In this document: positions 1 to 13,663 of the stretch, one piece after another
Numbering within the stretch: the stretch's first letter is position 1
How the letters are laid out: each line of letters starts with the position of its first letter
Assembly (NCBI RefSeq): GCF_030684315.1
Contig: NC_081373.1
Location: 44,561,173 to 44,625,172 of the forward strand
Length of the DNA: 64,000 bases
Direction: 5' to 3'
From: Stegostoma tigrinum
Lineage: Eukaryota
The notes under the pieces: model-generated
What the model saw: only the letters and a program-made list of their open reading frames with translations
Databases searched by the model: none
What the model was told of the DNA's origin: nothing
Translations under genes and position numbers: made by a program

Positions 1-12
1 CCATTTTCAAAT

Positions 13-244
13 TGAAATAACTCCATGGAGGGCGGTATCTATCACCAAGTCACCCTTTATTTACACATGCACAATTCATGGATTCTGACCAGCTAGCCCA
101 GAACCAGTCCCTAGCATAGTGAGAATTTCTGAGATTCCTGTTTACATCTGTCAGCCAGGACTCCCTGATTGGGCCAGGTTAACAACCCCAATCAGAGATC
201 TCATAGTCAATGCGATGCACCTGTCCCTTGTCTCAATCACTACA
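13..244 (-). mobile_element. Solo LTR, same family as the Gypsy LTR at 20948-21183
   Basis: TG...CA termini. Collinear similarity to 20948-21183 (tgaaataac...tctgtcagccagg..ctccctg.ttgg.ccag.ttaaca.ccccaatcag...). Confidence 0.8.
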
Positions 245-1024
245 GAAACAAAATATTGAATAGCAGGAAAAGATTCCCACTAGTGAGTTTTGAGCGGCCA
301 CTGCATTATTGACATGGTTTGTATGTATTAGCATGCGTTAACATCTCATTGCTTCTTAACCTCACCACATTTGTATGCAACCTCCCATTCTCCAAACTTC
401 TGGATGGAAGCTGGATGAAGACAGTTCCAAACATTAGAGCCAGAATTGTCAGTCATTCTTCCAGACTTCCATCTTAGACACCTGTCAACAACATGACCTT
501 TACCAATTTCTGGTAAGATTCAGCCCTATATTTCAGTGAATGGCCACTACATTAAATTGAGAAAAAGATGATCTATGGAGCCAGATTTTATTCCTAGATC
601 TGACTTGTCCAATATTAACATCAGCTGGGATCAGTGTGCATGGCTTTTGCAGGCCTTATTGTCAATATCAGATAAGGCTTAAGTGGAATGTCAGAGCCAT
701 CACCTCACCTTACAGTGGAATACATCACGCAGCTATCCTAAAGTAATAGACACAGACCATTTGGGATTTCTACACTGACTGTGATTGACTTTGATAGAAT
801 TCCAAGTTTGCACCAATTAACTGACTCATTATAAACAAATAGAAGGCAGATGATTTTGGAAATAGTGTAAAGACAATTGCAATGAATTCCTGGAGCAAAG
901 CTACCCTTTAGAAAACACTTTTAAATCACTACCTTGCCAACAATACTGCGGACACCAATCATCACCTGCCTCAAATACTTAACAGCCCGCTGATCACACA
1001 CAAAGATCCAGACTACCTTCAGAT

Positions 1025-1345
1025 GATATGATTACTGGACTGTTAATGTTCTGGATACCTGGGTTCAAATCCTGCCATAGCAGGTGGTGGGATTTGAATT
1101 CAATTAAAATCTGGAATTGAGTCTAAAAATGAACAGGAAGCCATTGTCGATTGTTGGTAAAATCCATCTGGTTCACAAATGCCCTTCTGGGAAGGAAATT
1201 GCAATCCTTACCTGGACTGGCCTACATGTGACTCCAGACACACAGCAATTTAGTAGGCTGTTAGCCGTCTTCTGGGAAATTAGGGATAGGCAAAATATGC
1301 TGGCCTAGCCAGTGACACCCTCATCCCATAAATGAATAAGAAAAA
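1025..1345 (+). mobile_element. tRNA-derived SINE with LINE-derived 3' tail
   Basis: B-box-like GGGTTCAAATCC. Body shared with 58672-58960 and 22700-22990. 3' end (gggataggcaa..atgctggcctagccagtgac..catccca) resembles the LINE ends at about 32170 and 59620. A-rich tail. Confidence 0.8.
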
Positions 1346-2713
1346 GATGCCAACAATCTTTTTTCCTGACAGCCCTCCAATTACACATGATGCCCAGTTG
1401 CTCCACCTTGGGAATTCTTGAAATTTATTCAATCATTTACCTGAACATTATGAATATGTCTGAGTTCCTACCACTGCACTATTAACATAGTCATGAGGTA
1501 TGAGGCCAAAACCTGCGCCCCTCAGACATCTGCATTAACATTCACACTGTGGATAAAGAACTCAAAAAAGGGTTCTAGTGAATTTAGTGACCTTGATTAT
1601 ATCACCCCAAAAACGTCTAAACTCAGCTATCGCCCAAGCCAAGTCAATATAACTGATGTTCATGCTTGACCTCTTTAAGGCATGCCATCGTTCTAGTGAG
1701 GAGGTGCAGTGGTACAGGGTGCTGAGCCCTACTTCCATGCCAGAAGCTCTGGACCCAAGATCTGATGACCAAAGGCGGTGATTATACATCACACAGGCAA
1801 ATGGGTTTGACTATCAACTGGTGGAACCTTCCAACACATCCCAATAGCAGGCAACCCAGATGGGAGAGACTCCTGGTCAGCAAAGAGATGGAAAGAATGT
1901 GGAAGCCTGTGCCATCACTAACCAAACCTCCAGAGCATTGCGTGGGTGTTGGTTTGACCACCCAGGGTTTTAGTGCGTGGACTGTAATACACCACCACTG
2001 CCATTGTAAGCAGGGCCATCTGCACTGCTTATAATCCAATTGCTACTTTCTGGAGTCTGACACCACGCTTTAGTGTTGTTAATAGAAAACAGTGGCAAAT
2101 AGTGTCTTGGCCAGTTAAATAGCCTTACCCTACTCCCCAGCTGATGGTCCATCGTACTGTAGGTTCTGGTGGTTCCAGTGCATATCCAGATATTCAGTAA
2201 ATATAATGAGGGTTAGTGCCTCTACCATCTTTTCAACCAGTCAGTTCCAGACTCCCAGTAGCCTCTGGGAAGCATTGAGTGGCAAGTTATGACATGCATG
2301 GGCTTTTTGTGGCTGATTTAGATTGGAAACTTTCCAACTTTCTGTTAAGAATGGGCAATGTAGAGAATGCTGATGGATTGTGTATCTGTTGCTTTCCAGC
2401 TGGTCAAGTTTTACATAAAGAGGACGGCATAGCCATTTTCATAACTTCTCAACAAAAGTTCAGCCAAATGTTGTGATTCTTGTAATTTTCTCCATTGAAG
2501 CTTACAAAGCCCGAAGAGGCAGGAAGTTGGAAAAGAAAACAATACTAATACTGGACCATTACAGAAAAAGACTTTATTTTTGAGAAGTGATTAATAAAAA
2601 AGACAGTATGATCAGAAACAAAAGTTTGTTACATTTTAAAATGCTTAAACTTCTGAGATGCAGAAGGAATTTCAGCAGAAATTCTGCCTGGTCAAGTCAT
2701 ATTGTCCTCACCA

Positions 2714-3026
2714 AGCCGCACCCCCAGCTACCTACTAACCTCATCCCACCTCCTTGACCTGTCCGTCTTCCCTGGACTGACCTATCCCCTCCCTACCTCC
2801 CCACCTACACCCTCTCCACCTATCTTCTTTACTCTCCATCTTCGGTCCGCCTCCCCCTCTCTCCCTATTTATTCCAGTTCCCTCCCCCCATCCCCCTCTC
2901 TGATGAAGGGTCTAGGCCCGAAACGTCAGCTTTTGTGCTCCTGAGATGCTGCTTGGCCTGCTGTGTTCATCCAGCCTCACATTTTATTATCTTGGAATCT
3001 CCAGCATCTGCAGTTCCCATTATCTC
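2714..3026 (+). mobile_element. 5'-truncated Penelope-like element (pseudo-LTR end)
   Basis: 12-bp TSD ttgtcctcacca at 2702-2713 and 3027-3038. Near-identical to 34100-34388, which is attached to GIY-YIG coding remnants. Confidence 0.85.
2896..2931 (+). ncRNA. Minimal hammerhead ribozyme motif (Penelope-type)
   Basis: CTGATGA(2900-2906)-A-GGGT/ctag/GCCC stem II-GAAAC-GTC. Helix I is only 2 bp. Confidence 0.6.
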
Positions 3027-3539
3027 TTGTCCTCACCAGTTTGCTCCACTCTCTCTCTCTCTGACCTCCCACAACTCCTCACAGGTTACAGTTCCTCGGC
3101 CCAGGTAGTCATTCTTCATTCATAAGCCTCAAGAGGACATTTCTGAAGGTTATTGAAGCACAATTAATTCTGGAATCAAGGACTAGTAATCAGCAGTGGA
3201 CAAACTGACAGAAATCAACAGATTCTCAACAACAACAGCAAGGTATTGTTTAGCATTTTACATATAACTGATTAAAATATAGAAGAATAGTACAGCAGCA
3301 GTTTATGAAGGTTAAGAAGAAATCATTAGATCTTGAGGAGGCCAAAATGCTGTTGGAAACCAGGCTGAAAACCACCATCTCTATTCACAGTGACAGAAAC
3401 CTCAGGTGATAGCCAATGTCTAAGTTCTCAGAAAATGTTTCCCTTTGTATCACTGCAGCTGAACTGTACCCTGAAGCAGCAATTATGTTCAATGTTGTGG
3501 AAAATTATGTAATCAAATTATAAACTAAGAAAATAATCA

Positions 3540-4365
3540 TTAAAGCTAATAAGCTGCTGGCCTTTATATGTAGAGGAATGAAGTACAAGGAAACAGAGTT
3601 TATACTGCAGCTATAAAAAGAACCCTGATCAGACCCTGTACTGATTGTAAGGAGGTCAATCAGGTGGATCCATTAGAATATCAGTTCCTGATTGGGACTG
3701 TTAACCTGGTCCAATCAGGGAGCCCTGGCTGACAGATATAAACAATAGTGGCGGAGGCTCTGCTTACTCTCAGTGACAAGGACTCTCCACATGTAAATAG
3801 AGGGTGACTTGGTGACTTCCTTGTAGGGTTATTTCAGACCATGCTTGCAGAGCTATGAAAAGATTGAGGCACAATGCTTGAGGAAAGACATATTGGCCTA
3901 GGAGGGAGTACAATGTAGGTTTACAGGAATAAAACCTGGACTTCAGAGTTTAAGTTATGGGGAGTGATTTATACACAATAAACCTGTGTTCTCGAGAATT
4001 TAGAAGGCTAGAGGGTGATCTAAGTCTTGAAGGCATTAGCAGGAAAAGACAGTGTGGATAACATTAATGTATTTTCACTAGTTGGAGATTCTAAAACCAG
4101 GGGGTGTAGTCTGAGAATCAGGGGTAGATCACTCAGGAGAGATGTTAGGAAGCCTTTCTACACAGAAAGGATGTTACAAATGACACATGACAGTTGATGC
4201 TGGATCAGTTGTTGATCCTAAATCTGAGAAAGATAGATTTTGTTAAGCAAAAGTATTCGGGATAGGGGCCAAAGACAAGTGTAGTCAGGCTACAGACCTG
4301 CCAATTTAAAGTTTGGCAGAACAGGTTTGAGGGCCTGAATGGCCTACTCCTGTTTCTATGTTCAA
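3540..4365 (+). mobile_element. Old CR1 LINE 3' fragment, interrupted by a solo LTR
   Basis: Degenerate ORF2 C-terminus and the CR1 3' tail (gggcctgaatggcctactcctgtttctatgttc). Confidence 0.8.
3637..3836 (+). mobile_element. Solo LTR (Gypsy family) inserted in CR1
   Basis: TGTA...TTCA termini. Flanks gaccc/gacca form a 5-bp TSD with one mismatch. Reverse complement is similar to 13-244 and 20948-21183. Confidence 0.85.
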
Positions 4366-5334
4366 ATTGTCTGCAGTGAAGGCATGCCTAGGGTTTCAGT
4401 GAAGCTAGGAGTTTTTTGGTAGCAGGACTCAAGTCCTTGCGTGGTTCAGAAAATGAAGATCATATATAGTGTACTGCATAGTATTTGATGACAAAACACA
4501 ATTAACATTCTGCAATGTAACCCCTTAATTCTTCTTAAGTGGAATAGATTCATGACAGAAATGTAGAAAATGTGAAAGCAACATTTTGTTGCTAATATAT
4601 TTGTGTTTTTGATTTTTTTTTTGTTTTCATCTCCCAATGACTCAGTTTGTGAAAGCAGAATCTAGCCAAAAGGCTCCAGTGCTTGGCATATGCTGAAGTA
4701 ACTGAATTAATTATTCACAGGTTCATACTTCTGTACTCTGAGCTGGGAAGAAGAATGTCTGGTGCTGATCCCAATCACAATTAGTCACCCTTAGTGCAGA
4801 AGCACATCTTCAGATGGTAAAAACAAGCTATTTCTAAACTGTGTGGATTGAGAAGGAAAGGACTTATTTATATTTTTGAGTTCTTAGTGTGTCTGAGAAC
4901 GTAGTTGCATAAATTTTAAATGAGGCTTAAAATACACGTGAAGAGAAAAATTCCGTAAAACATAAGGGTGGGAGAAAAGAATGACAATGGGCTTTTGGCT
5001 ACAAACAAGGTGTTCTCTAACGCATAAAGACTGAGACAGAAACAGTTTTCCTTTTTGAAAGAAAGAACCTTCCAGAAGGTGCACAAGTGTGCGGCTTTCC
5101 TTCAAATAGAAGCTGGTCATCAGTGAGGAAACACCTGAAAGCAGTAAAAGTGCAGTTTAGCAATCTCCAGAACATGTAGGACAGGAGAAAAGAAGGTCTA
5201 AGTGGTTTAATATCAGTTTTTTTAAAAAAAAATGTTCACGTGTCCATTACTCAGTGGCAGTTATTGTCCATTCTTAAAATAACATAACTCTCCCCAACAT
5301 TTTCCTTTCTAGCTTTAGCATGGCCAAAGAATCG

Positions 5335-5640
5335 ATATTTACATAGCATCCTTAGGACCACAAATTATCCTACTGTTTGGTGATGAAATACTTTTGAGGT
5401 GTGGTCATTCTATAATTTAGGAAAATCATTGTAAAACAGTAATCAGAGCATCCGATTTAGAGGACTTAGTTGAGGAGCTAATGTTGGCCAAAATACCTGG
5501 AAATATTCTCTAACTCTTCTTTCAATAATACTATGGAATTTTATTGATTCTTATTGGAGTTTTGATTTAATGCCTCACCCTAGCAGTATGATCAAGTCTC
5601 TGGCTCAAGCAATGGTGCTATCACGGAGTCACTAATAATC
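5335..5640 (-). mobile_element. Degenerate DeuSINE (SacSINE1/AmnSINE1-like)
   Basis: Matches the recalled reverse-strand Deu-domain pattern (tgaaatacttttgaggtgtggtcatt...gttgaggagctaatgttggcca..ctcttctttcaataatactatgg). Confidence 0.6.
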
Positions 5641-5783
5641 CCTTGTCAAATGATTTTAGCTGTGTGACTGTGCTTCTGATGTTTTTGTTTGTTAGTATCA
5701 ACTACGTTTTCTTCGCTAAGTACAATAGATGTTGATGACTGAATAAAATTGTCTTTACATGTGACCAAATGTCCCTAGGTTAA

Positions 5784-7018
5784 GACCACAAACATAGGAG
5801 TGGAAGTAAGGCCATTTGGCCAATCAAGTCCACTCCTCCATTTAAATCATGGCTGATGGGCATTTCAACTCGACTTCCCTGCACTCTCCCCGTAGCCCTT
5901 GATTCCTTTTGAGATCAAGAATTTGTTGATCTCTGCCTTGAAGGCATCCAACGTCCCGGCCTCCACTGCGCTCCGTGGCAATGAATTCCACAAGCCCACC
6001 ACTCTCTGGCTGAAGAAATGTCGTTTCATTTCAGTTTTAAATTTACCCCCCTCTAATTTTAAGGCTGTGCCCACGGGTCCTAGTCTCCCCACCTAACAGA
6101 AACAACTTCCTAGCATGCACGCCTTCTAAGCCATACATTATCTTGTAAGTTTCTATTAGATCTCCCATGAATCTTCTAAACTCTAATGAGTACAATCCCA
6201 GGATCCTCAGCCGTTCATCATACGTTAAACCTACCATTCCAGGGATCATCCGTGTGAATCTCCGCTGGACATGCTCCAGGGCTAGTATGTCCTTCCTGAG
6301 GTGTGGGGCCCAAAATTGGACACAGTATTCGAAATGGGGCCTAACTGGAGCTTTATAAAGCCTCAGAAGCACATCACTGCTTTTATATTCCAACCCTCTT
6401 GAGATAAATGACAACATTACATTCGCTTTCTTAATCACAGACTCTACCTGCAAGTAGAGAATCCTGGACCTACACTCCCAGATCCCTTTGTACTTCTGCT
6501 TTACGAATTTTCTCACCATTTAGAAAATAGTCCATGCCCCCGTATTCATTTTTTCCAAAGTGCAAAACCTCACATTTACTCACATTGAATTTCATCAGCC
6601 ATTTCCTGGACCACTCTCCTAAACTGTCTAAATCTTTCTGCAGCTTCCCCACCTCCTCAGTATTACCTGCCTGTCCACCTATCGTTGTACCATCGGTAAA
6701 CCTCGCCAGAATGCCCCAGTCCCTTCATCCAGATCATTAATATACAAGGTGAACAGCTGCGGTCCCAACACTGAACCCTGAGGGACACCACTCGCCACCG
6801 GTTGCCATTCTGAATAAGAGCCTTTTATCCCAACTCTCTGCCTTCTGTCAGACAGCCAATCCTTAATCCAAGCCGGTAGCTCACCTCGAACACCACGGGC
6901 CCTCACCTTGCTCAGCAGCCTCCCGTGAGGCACCTTATCAAAGGCCTTTTGGAAGTCTAGATAGATAATATCTATTGGGTTTCCCTGGTCTAACCTACTT
7001 GTTACCTCTTCAAAGAAT
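5784..7018 (-). mobile_element. Young 5'-truncated CR1 LINE (RT C-terminal part and 3' UTR)
   Basis: ORF pieces [21 protein letters not shown] and VRPHFEYCVQFWAP with frameshifts. Near-identical to 11497-12737. Confidence 0.95.
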
Positions 7019-7399
7019 TAAGAATGAAATTTTAGGCAGTACATTCAATTGGAATGTGGCAATAATTCTATGCCAGCACTAACTGAGCAATCTAACATAT
7101 TAAATCCATATTTTTTAAAATGTATGATCACTCATTCAGTTTTTACAGATCAACGTAGCTTTGCTACTGTTCTGAAGCACCTGAACACCTTCCACAGTGC
7201 ATTTAGAAAGCCAGCATTCCTCCACACCACGATAAATGTTATGTGTAATTGAAAGAATGGTCTGTTTTTAAATTTGTCTTCTTGGGATTTAAGGAGGAGT
7301 AAATTGGGTCTGTAGCCAGTTAAGACTCAGGCAGCCCTCTTGGTTTCTTTCTCTTTCTAGCTCTCTTCCTCCTTTAAAACCTCTTTCAGACTTTTATGA

Positions 7400-7790
7400 T
7401 TCTTTGTCACCAAAGGCAGCCTACGTCCATCTCCATAATGCCTGCCTTTGCCCAGCTCATTGGCTGCAGAAACCTTCATGCCCGCCTTCAGTCTCTATTC
7501 TGACTGCATCTTGCAATCTACGTCTCATGAAGGTGTGGTGATCCATTAAGCTGCCACTCATGATCGAACATGTGTTAAGTTCCCATGCACCTATCAGTCA
7601 CCTGCTCTTCACTGGTTCCTAGTTAAATGAAACCTTGATTTTAAAATTCTCATCCTTGTTTCAACATTCCTCCATGTCCTCACCCCATCTTTTCTCTGTA
7701 ATCTCCTATAGCCCCACAAGGATCCAAAACGTTTTCTCTCCACAAATTCTGGCCTCTTTCATTTGAATCATACTGCCATTAGTTACCTTT
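7400..7790 (+). mobile_element. Old L2-type LINE 3' fragment
   Basis: Degenerate L2 ORF2 end (cactggttcctagtt...ttgattttaaaattctcatccttgtt..cctccatg..ctcacccc). Confidence 0.6.
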
Positions 7791-8066
7791 CCTCAGGGAA
7801 AATGGAGCAGCCAACAAACTTTGAGAAAAGAGAGAACAGAAAAAAATGCTACTAGTTTTAAAATATTCCTATCCTTTTTGGCCAGGAAATTGGGGTAAAG
7901 TTTATATTTTTGTAAATTTCAGCAATGAATATAGAAGTTTTTTCTTAATGTATAAGTGAGCACAATTGTACCTCCACACAATTAATGCAAATGACTCTAT
8001 TAGATTTAGATTCAGATTAGATTTAAATTTCGTTTTTTTTTGTCAGGTGGACTTCAGTACAGGAAA

Positions 8067-8200
8067 CATAGAGCATAGAACAATACAGTGCAGAACAGGC
8101 CCTTCAGCCCTCGATGTTGCGCTGACCTGCGAACTAATTTAAGCTCACCCCCCTACACTATCCCATCACCATCCATCTGCTTATCCCAGGACTGATTAAA
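8067..8200 (-). mobile_element. CR1 3' tail fragment
   Basis: (aacatag)n tail followed by aacaggcccttcagccc, the reverse complement of a CR1 3' end. Confidence 0.7.
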
Positions 8201-10959
8201 TGGAATATGGTGAAAAGTGCGCAAAATCGCAATTCTCCAGTGCCACCAGTATACAAAACACGGGATTAAAAACAGAAGCAGAAGTAAAAGAAACGTCCAA
8301 AAGAAAATAAAGCATCCAGATCAGTCTTCACACCCCCCAACTCCATCATGAGTGCCCACTGCCAGAAAAACAAAGCCACAAAGTTCCCTGAGTCTCCACA
8401 TGTTGCTACGGTCAGAACAGCAGCATCTCCACCATCAGGTACCTGCGGTTGTAACTGTGTCACCATGCTTCGAATCCAACTTGTCTCCATCGATGCCATG
8501 AGTCCACATTGGGCTCAAACTCTCAACACTTGGCCCACAATGCCGAAGTAGCCCGTACCTCATTCTGGCTTGTATTGCTGATGTCACCTGGGGCTGCCAT
8601 TTCATCAGAAGAACCCACTCCTGCCATACTAGTACATTCATATGAGAGATCTAATTATCAGTGCCAACTTTTTTTTGATTTTGATTTGATTTGTTATTGT
8701 CACCATACAGTGAAAATGTTTGTTTTGTGTGCAGAACAGGCAGTTCATGAACACACCAACATCATGGAGCGATTGGTCAGAGTGAGGAATACAAAGTTAC
8801 AGCTGCAAAAAGCAAGATTAACATTAGATTTGATATTTGACGTTTTTAAATTGGTCAGCATTTTCTAAACTGTATGCCTTTTTGTGTTTTTATTTCAATC
8901 ACAAAGCACGTAGAAGTTATTTTATTCGAATTAAACATAGCTCAAGAAATGAATATGACTGATTGTCCATATTTCATTATAAATGCCAAACCCTGAATTC
9001 TTTATAATTTGGAAAATATATGTGTTATAAAGGGAATGTTCTGTAAACGTGATTAAAATCAGAGAGAAAAAATCTGGAATAAAATCACCAACTTCTGTAA
9101 ATATTCAGGCTGGTCAGCAACTGTATGGAGAGAAATGTGGTTTATATTTCAAGTTCTGACCAGTATCAGAACTCAAAACAGTTAGGTTTTAGATTTTTAA
9201 AAAACTAATACAAAAACAATGAAATAATGACAAAAATAGGAAGAAGAGGGTAGAGAACGGGAGACGTCAATTCTTAAAGGATTAATCGTACAAATACAAA
9301 TGAAGATGGTCAAACAAAAGGAAACACAAGTAAAAGAAAGGTTAACAATTAGCATTTTGTAACAATAGTTAAAGCAATAAGTCCACCTTGCTTTAGCAGA
9401 ACTAGTGAAATCAGATTGATTGCTATTACGTAGCCAGAGGTAAATAAAATGAGGAATATGTTGCTTCAATCATCACTTTTTGTTAAATGCTGAAAAGGAG
9501 TTATTTGTTGTAAAGAGATAAAGCTGGCCAGGATTGCAATGACAAACCATTTGCCAAGAATCAGGAGAAAATTGTTTTTGAAACTGTTCTGTTTATTATA
9601 ATAAAATAAATCTGTTCAAATCAGCACTTTTTTTTCAGTGGCATGTAATATCACAATAACTTGCTAATTATTCATTCCTTCTGCAAAAAGTGATATACTG
9701 CAGCAGAACATGAGGTTTAATTAACTTACATAATCAGACAAATAATTTGAATAATTAATGCTTCCAGTACAGATTTGGGCCAATCAGCCCATTTTGCCAG
9801 TAGCAGCTCATTTTAAGAGTTTGCAAATTAGCCTCAGCATGCTGCTAATTCTCTAAAGCCCAGCAGCATTTGCCTTTTCAGGTGTATTTCTGATTCCCTT
9901 TTCAAAGTTAATGTTGAGTTTGTTTCCATCAAACTTTCAGGCAGTTTACCACACATCACAACAACCCTCGAAAATAAAGAAAATTGTCTTTATCTCATCC
10001 CTGGTGTTCCTAAACTTGTATCCTCTGGTTACCAATTCTCCTGTAGTGGAAACAGTTCTGTCTATTCATGTCATCTCAAACCTCACACTTAAGAATGGTG
10101 AGGTGATTTACACGTACTTATCCAACATAGTATGTTGTATTTAATGACCATGCTGTGTATCCTCTATGTTGGTGATGGGGGTGACAAGTGCAAATTGAAA
10201 TGATCAGTATGCTCAAGTCTTCCTATGATCATTAATATCTGGTCACCTACATATTCCAACCTCTCTGTCCTTGATTTCCTACGTGCAACCCAACGTAAAC
10301 TTAATGAACCACACCTCATCATTCATTTAGCGCCTTACAGCCCCCTGGACTAAGCATCAAGTTTGATAACTTCAGAACATAAATATAATTCCCATATTTT
10401 TCAGAGAGTTAGTAGAGGTGATGTTTCTGCTGTTAATTCAAACTGTTTTTCTTACCACCCTGTCATAGTGCTACAATTATGAGATTTGTAAGATTGCTAT
10501 GTTTTGGGACTGAGCTTCTAATTGAGGATAACACAAAAAGCATGTCATGCAGCTTGTTCTGAAATCTGTGTAAGAATTGGCTTGTAAAATGTGGCAATTC
10601 AAGACTAAAGAGTGGCATAGGTTGTTTTGTTAAACAAAGATGTAAGTTTTTTTCACTTGAATGCAATGGCAGCAGCATCTGTGTTTACAGTCGTTAGATT
10701 ATTGTCTCTAAAGTCTTCGGACAGAGTTGCGAGTGTTGATTTGTAAACGTTGATGTTGTTGTTAAACTGTCTTCTACTTTACTTCTAAGATGAAAGAGCA
10801 TTGGGATATTGAGAATAACTAATCAGCATTTCCACCTGAATACAAGGCACATGGGTTTCACATTCAAGGGAGATGTGCTTTAGAGGGAAAGGGTCTCGAA
10901 GCTTCCCCTAAAAACTTCTGGTGAAGAAACAGGCTAAGGTTCTCTCATGGTTCACTGCT

Positions 10960-11480
10960 CAATAATACTTTCAGATTTACCAATGATACAAACGATTGTG
11001 GAAAGGTGAGCTGTGATGAGATTGCAAAGAGGCCTTAAGGGAATTTAGGCAGTTTGAGTGACTGAGTAGAGAAAAGCATGGCAGATGAAAAAGAATGTGC
11101 ATAACTATGAGGTTATCTATTCTGGTAGGAGAAAATGAGGTGCAAATTGCTTGGATGGCAGACGATAAGTTTATCACAAGAGGGTTTGGGTTTGGAGCAA
11201 AGAAGTCTTGCTTCAACAATGTGCTGTTCCACACGCCTTGCCTGAGAGAGAACGTTATTGCCAAAGGGAGTCAAATGTGCTCTCATAGGAACTTCCAAAA
11301 TTCTGAAAGAGATAGAAAGAGTAAACAATAAAGAATGTTCTACTGGCTGTGGAATCTCGAACCAAGGGACACAGTCTGAGATGAGGAAGAACTTCAGCAT
11401 TCAGTTGGTGTTGAATCTTTGGAATTCTTTGCCTCAAGAGTATGGAAGCTCAGTCTTTCAGTAAGTTTTTGATTCAGAGA
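10960..11480 (+). mobile_element. Old CR1 fragment, continuing at about 13665-13840 after the nested young CR1
   Basis: Degenerate CR1 ORF2 end (gatgaggaagaacttc...gtggtgttgaatctttggaattc). Resumes as gattgatagattt... at 13664. Confidence 0.6.
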
Positions 11481-11489
11481 TTATACGAT

Positions 11490-13663
11490 CATAAGACCTT
11501 AAGACATCGGAATGGAAGTAAGGCCATTCGGCCCATCAAGTCCACTCCGCCATTTAAATCATGGCTGATGGGCATTTCAGCACCACTTCCCTGCACTCTC
11601 CCCGTAGCCCTTGATTCCTTTTGAGATCAAGAATTTGTCGATCACTGCCTTGAAGGCATCCAACGTTCCGGCCTCCACTGCACTCTGTGGCAATGAATTC
11701 CACAAGCCCACCACTCTCTGGCTGAAGAAATGTCTCCTCATTTCCATTTTAAATTTACCCCCTCTAATTTTAAGCCTGTGCCCACAGGTCCTAGTTTCCC
11801 CACCTAACGGAAACAACTTCCTAGTGTCCACCCCTTCTAAACCATACATTATCTTGTAAGTTTCTACTGGATCTCCCCTCAACCTTCTAAACTCTAATGA
11901 GTACAATCCCAGGATCCTTAGCCGTTCATCATACGTTAAACCTACCATTCCAGGGATCATCCGTGTGAATCTCCGCTGGACACGCTCCAGGGCTAGTATG
12001 TCCTTCCTGAGGTGTGGGGCCCAAAATTGGACACAGTATTCGAAATGGGGCCTAACTAGAGCCTTATAAAGCCTCAGAAGCATGTCGCTGCTTTTATATT
12101 CCAAACCTCTTAAGATAAACGACAACATTACATTCGCTTTCTTAATTACGGACTCTACCTGCAAGTTAACCTTTAGAGAATCCTGGACCAACACTCCCAG
12201 ATCCCTTTGCACTTCTGATTTGCAAATTTTCTCACCATTTAGAAAATAGTCCATGCCTGTATTCTTTTTTCCAAAGTGCAAAACCTCACATTTACTCACA
12301 TTGAATTTCATCAGCCATTTCCTGGACCACTCTCCTAAACTGTCTAAATCTTTCTGCAGCTTCCCCACCTCCTCAGTACTACCTGCCTGCCTACCTGTCT
12401 TCGTATCATCGGCAAACTTTGCCAGAATGCCCCCAGTCACTTCATTCAGATCATTAATATATAAGGTGAACAACTGTGGCCCCAACACTGAACGCTGTGG
12501 GACACCACTCGTCACCGGTTGCCATTCCGAGAAAGAGCCTTTTATCCCAACTCTCTACCTTCTGTCAGACAGCCAATCCTCAATCCAAGCCGGTAGCTCA
12601 CCTCGAACACCATGGGCCCTCACCTTGCTCAGCAGCCTCCCGTGAGGCACTGTACCAACGGCCTTTTAGAAGTCTAGATAGATAACATCTACTGGGTTTC
12701 TGTGGTCTAACATACTTGTTACTTCTTCAAAGAATTCTAACAGGTTTGTCAGGCACGACCTCCCCTTACTAAAACCATGGTGACTTGTTTTAAAATGACC
12801 CTGCACTTCCAGGAATTTAGAAATCTCATCCTTGACAATGGATTCTAGAATTTTACCAACTACCAAGGTTAGGCTAATCGGCCTATAATTTTCCATCTTT
12901 TGCCTTGATCCTTTCTTAAACAAGGGAGTTACAACAGCAACTTTCCAATCATCTGGGACTTTCCCTGACTCCGGTGACTTTTGAAAAATCACGACCAAAG
13001 CCTCCGCTGTTTCCTTAGCCACCTCCCTCAGAACTCTTGGATGTAGCCATCGGGGCCAGGAGATTTATCAATTTTTAGACCCTTTAGCTTTTCTAGCACT
13101 TTCTCTTTTGTAATGCTTACTGTACTCAACTCTGCCCCCTGACTCTCCCTAATTGTTGGCATACTACTCCTGTCTTCCACTGTGAAGACTGACACAAAGT
13201 ACTTATTAAGTTCTTTAGCTATTTCCTTATCTCCCATCACTAACCTTCCAGCATCAATTTGGAGCGGCCCAATGTCTACTTTTGCCTCTCGTTTGTTTCT
13301 TATGTATTGAAAGAAGCTTTTACTATCATTTCTAATATTACTAGCTAGCATACCTTCATATTTGATCTTCTCTTTCCTTATTGCTCTCTTTGTTATCCTC
13401 TGTTTGTTTTTGTAGCCTTCCCAATCTTCTGATTTCCCAGTGCTCTTGGCCACTTTATAGGCTGTCTCTTTTTCTTTGATCTATTTCCTGACTTCCTTTG
13501 TCAGCCATGGCTGTCTAATCCCACCCCGGATAATCTTTCTTTTCTTTGGGATGAACCTCTGTGCTGTGTCCTCAATTACACCCAGAAACTCCTGCCATTG
13601 TTGCTCTACTGTCTTCCCCGCTAGGCTCTGCTTCCAGTCGATTTTCGTCAATTCCTCTCTCAT
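11490..13663 (-). mobile_element. Young 5'-truncated CR1 LINE, ORF2 (RT) broken into 4 pieces
   Basis: Minus-strand ORFs: KSPGPDG, ENYRPISLT, QHGF-like/GRSCLTNL, VIYLDF, and a 312-aa piece with [17 protein letters not shown] and the CR1 C-terminus. Confidence 0.97.

Noticed and set aside
11577-12515. 312-aa ORF as a host gene
   Set aside because: It is the RT/C-terminal part of CR1 ORF2 in a truncated, frameshifted copy.
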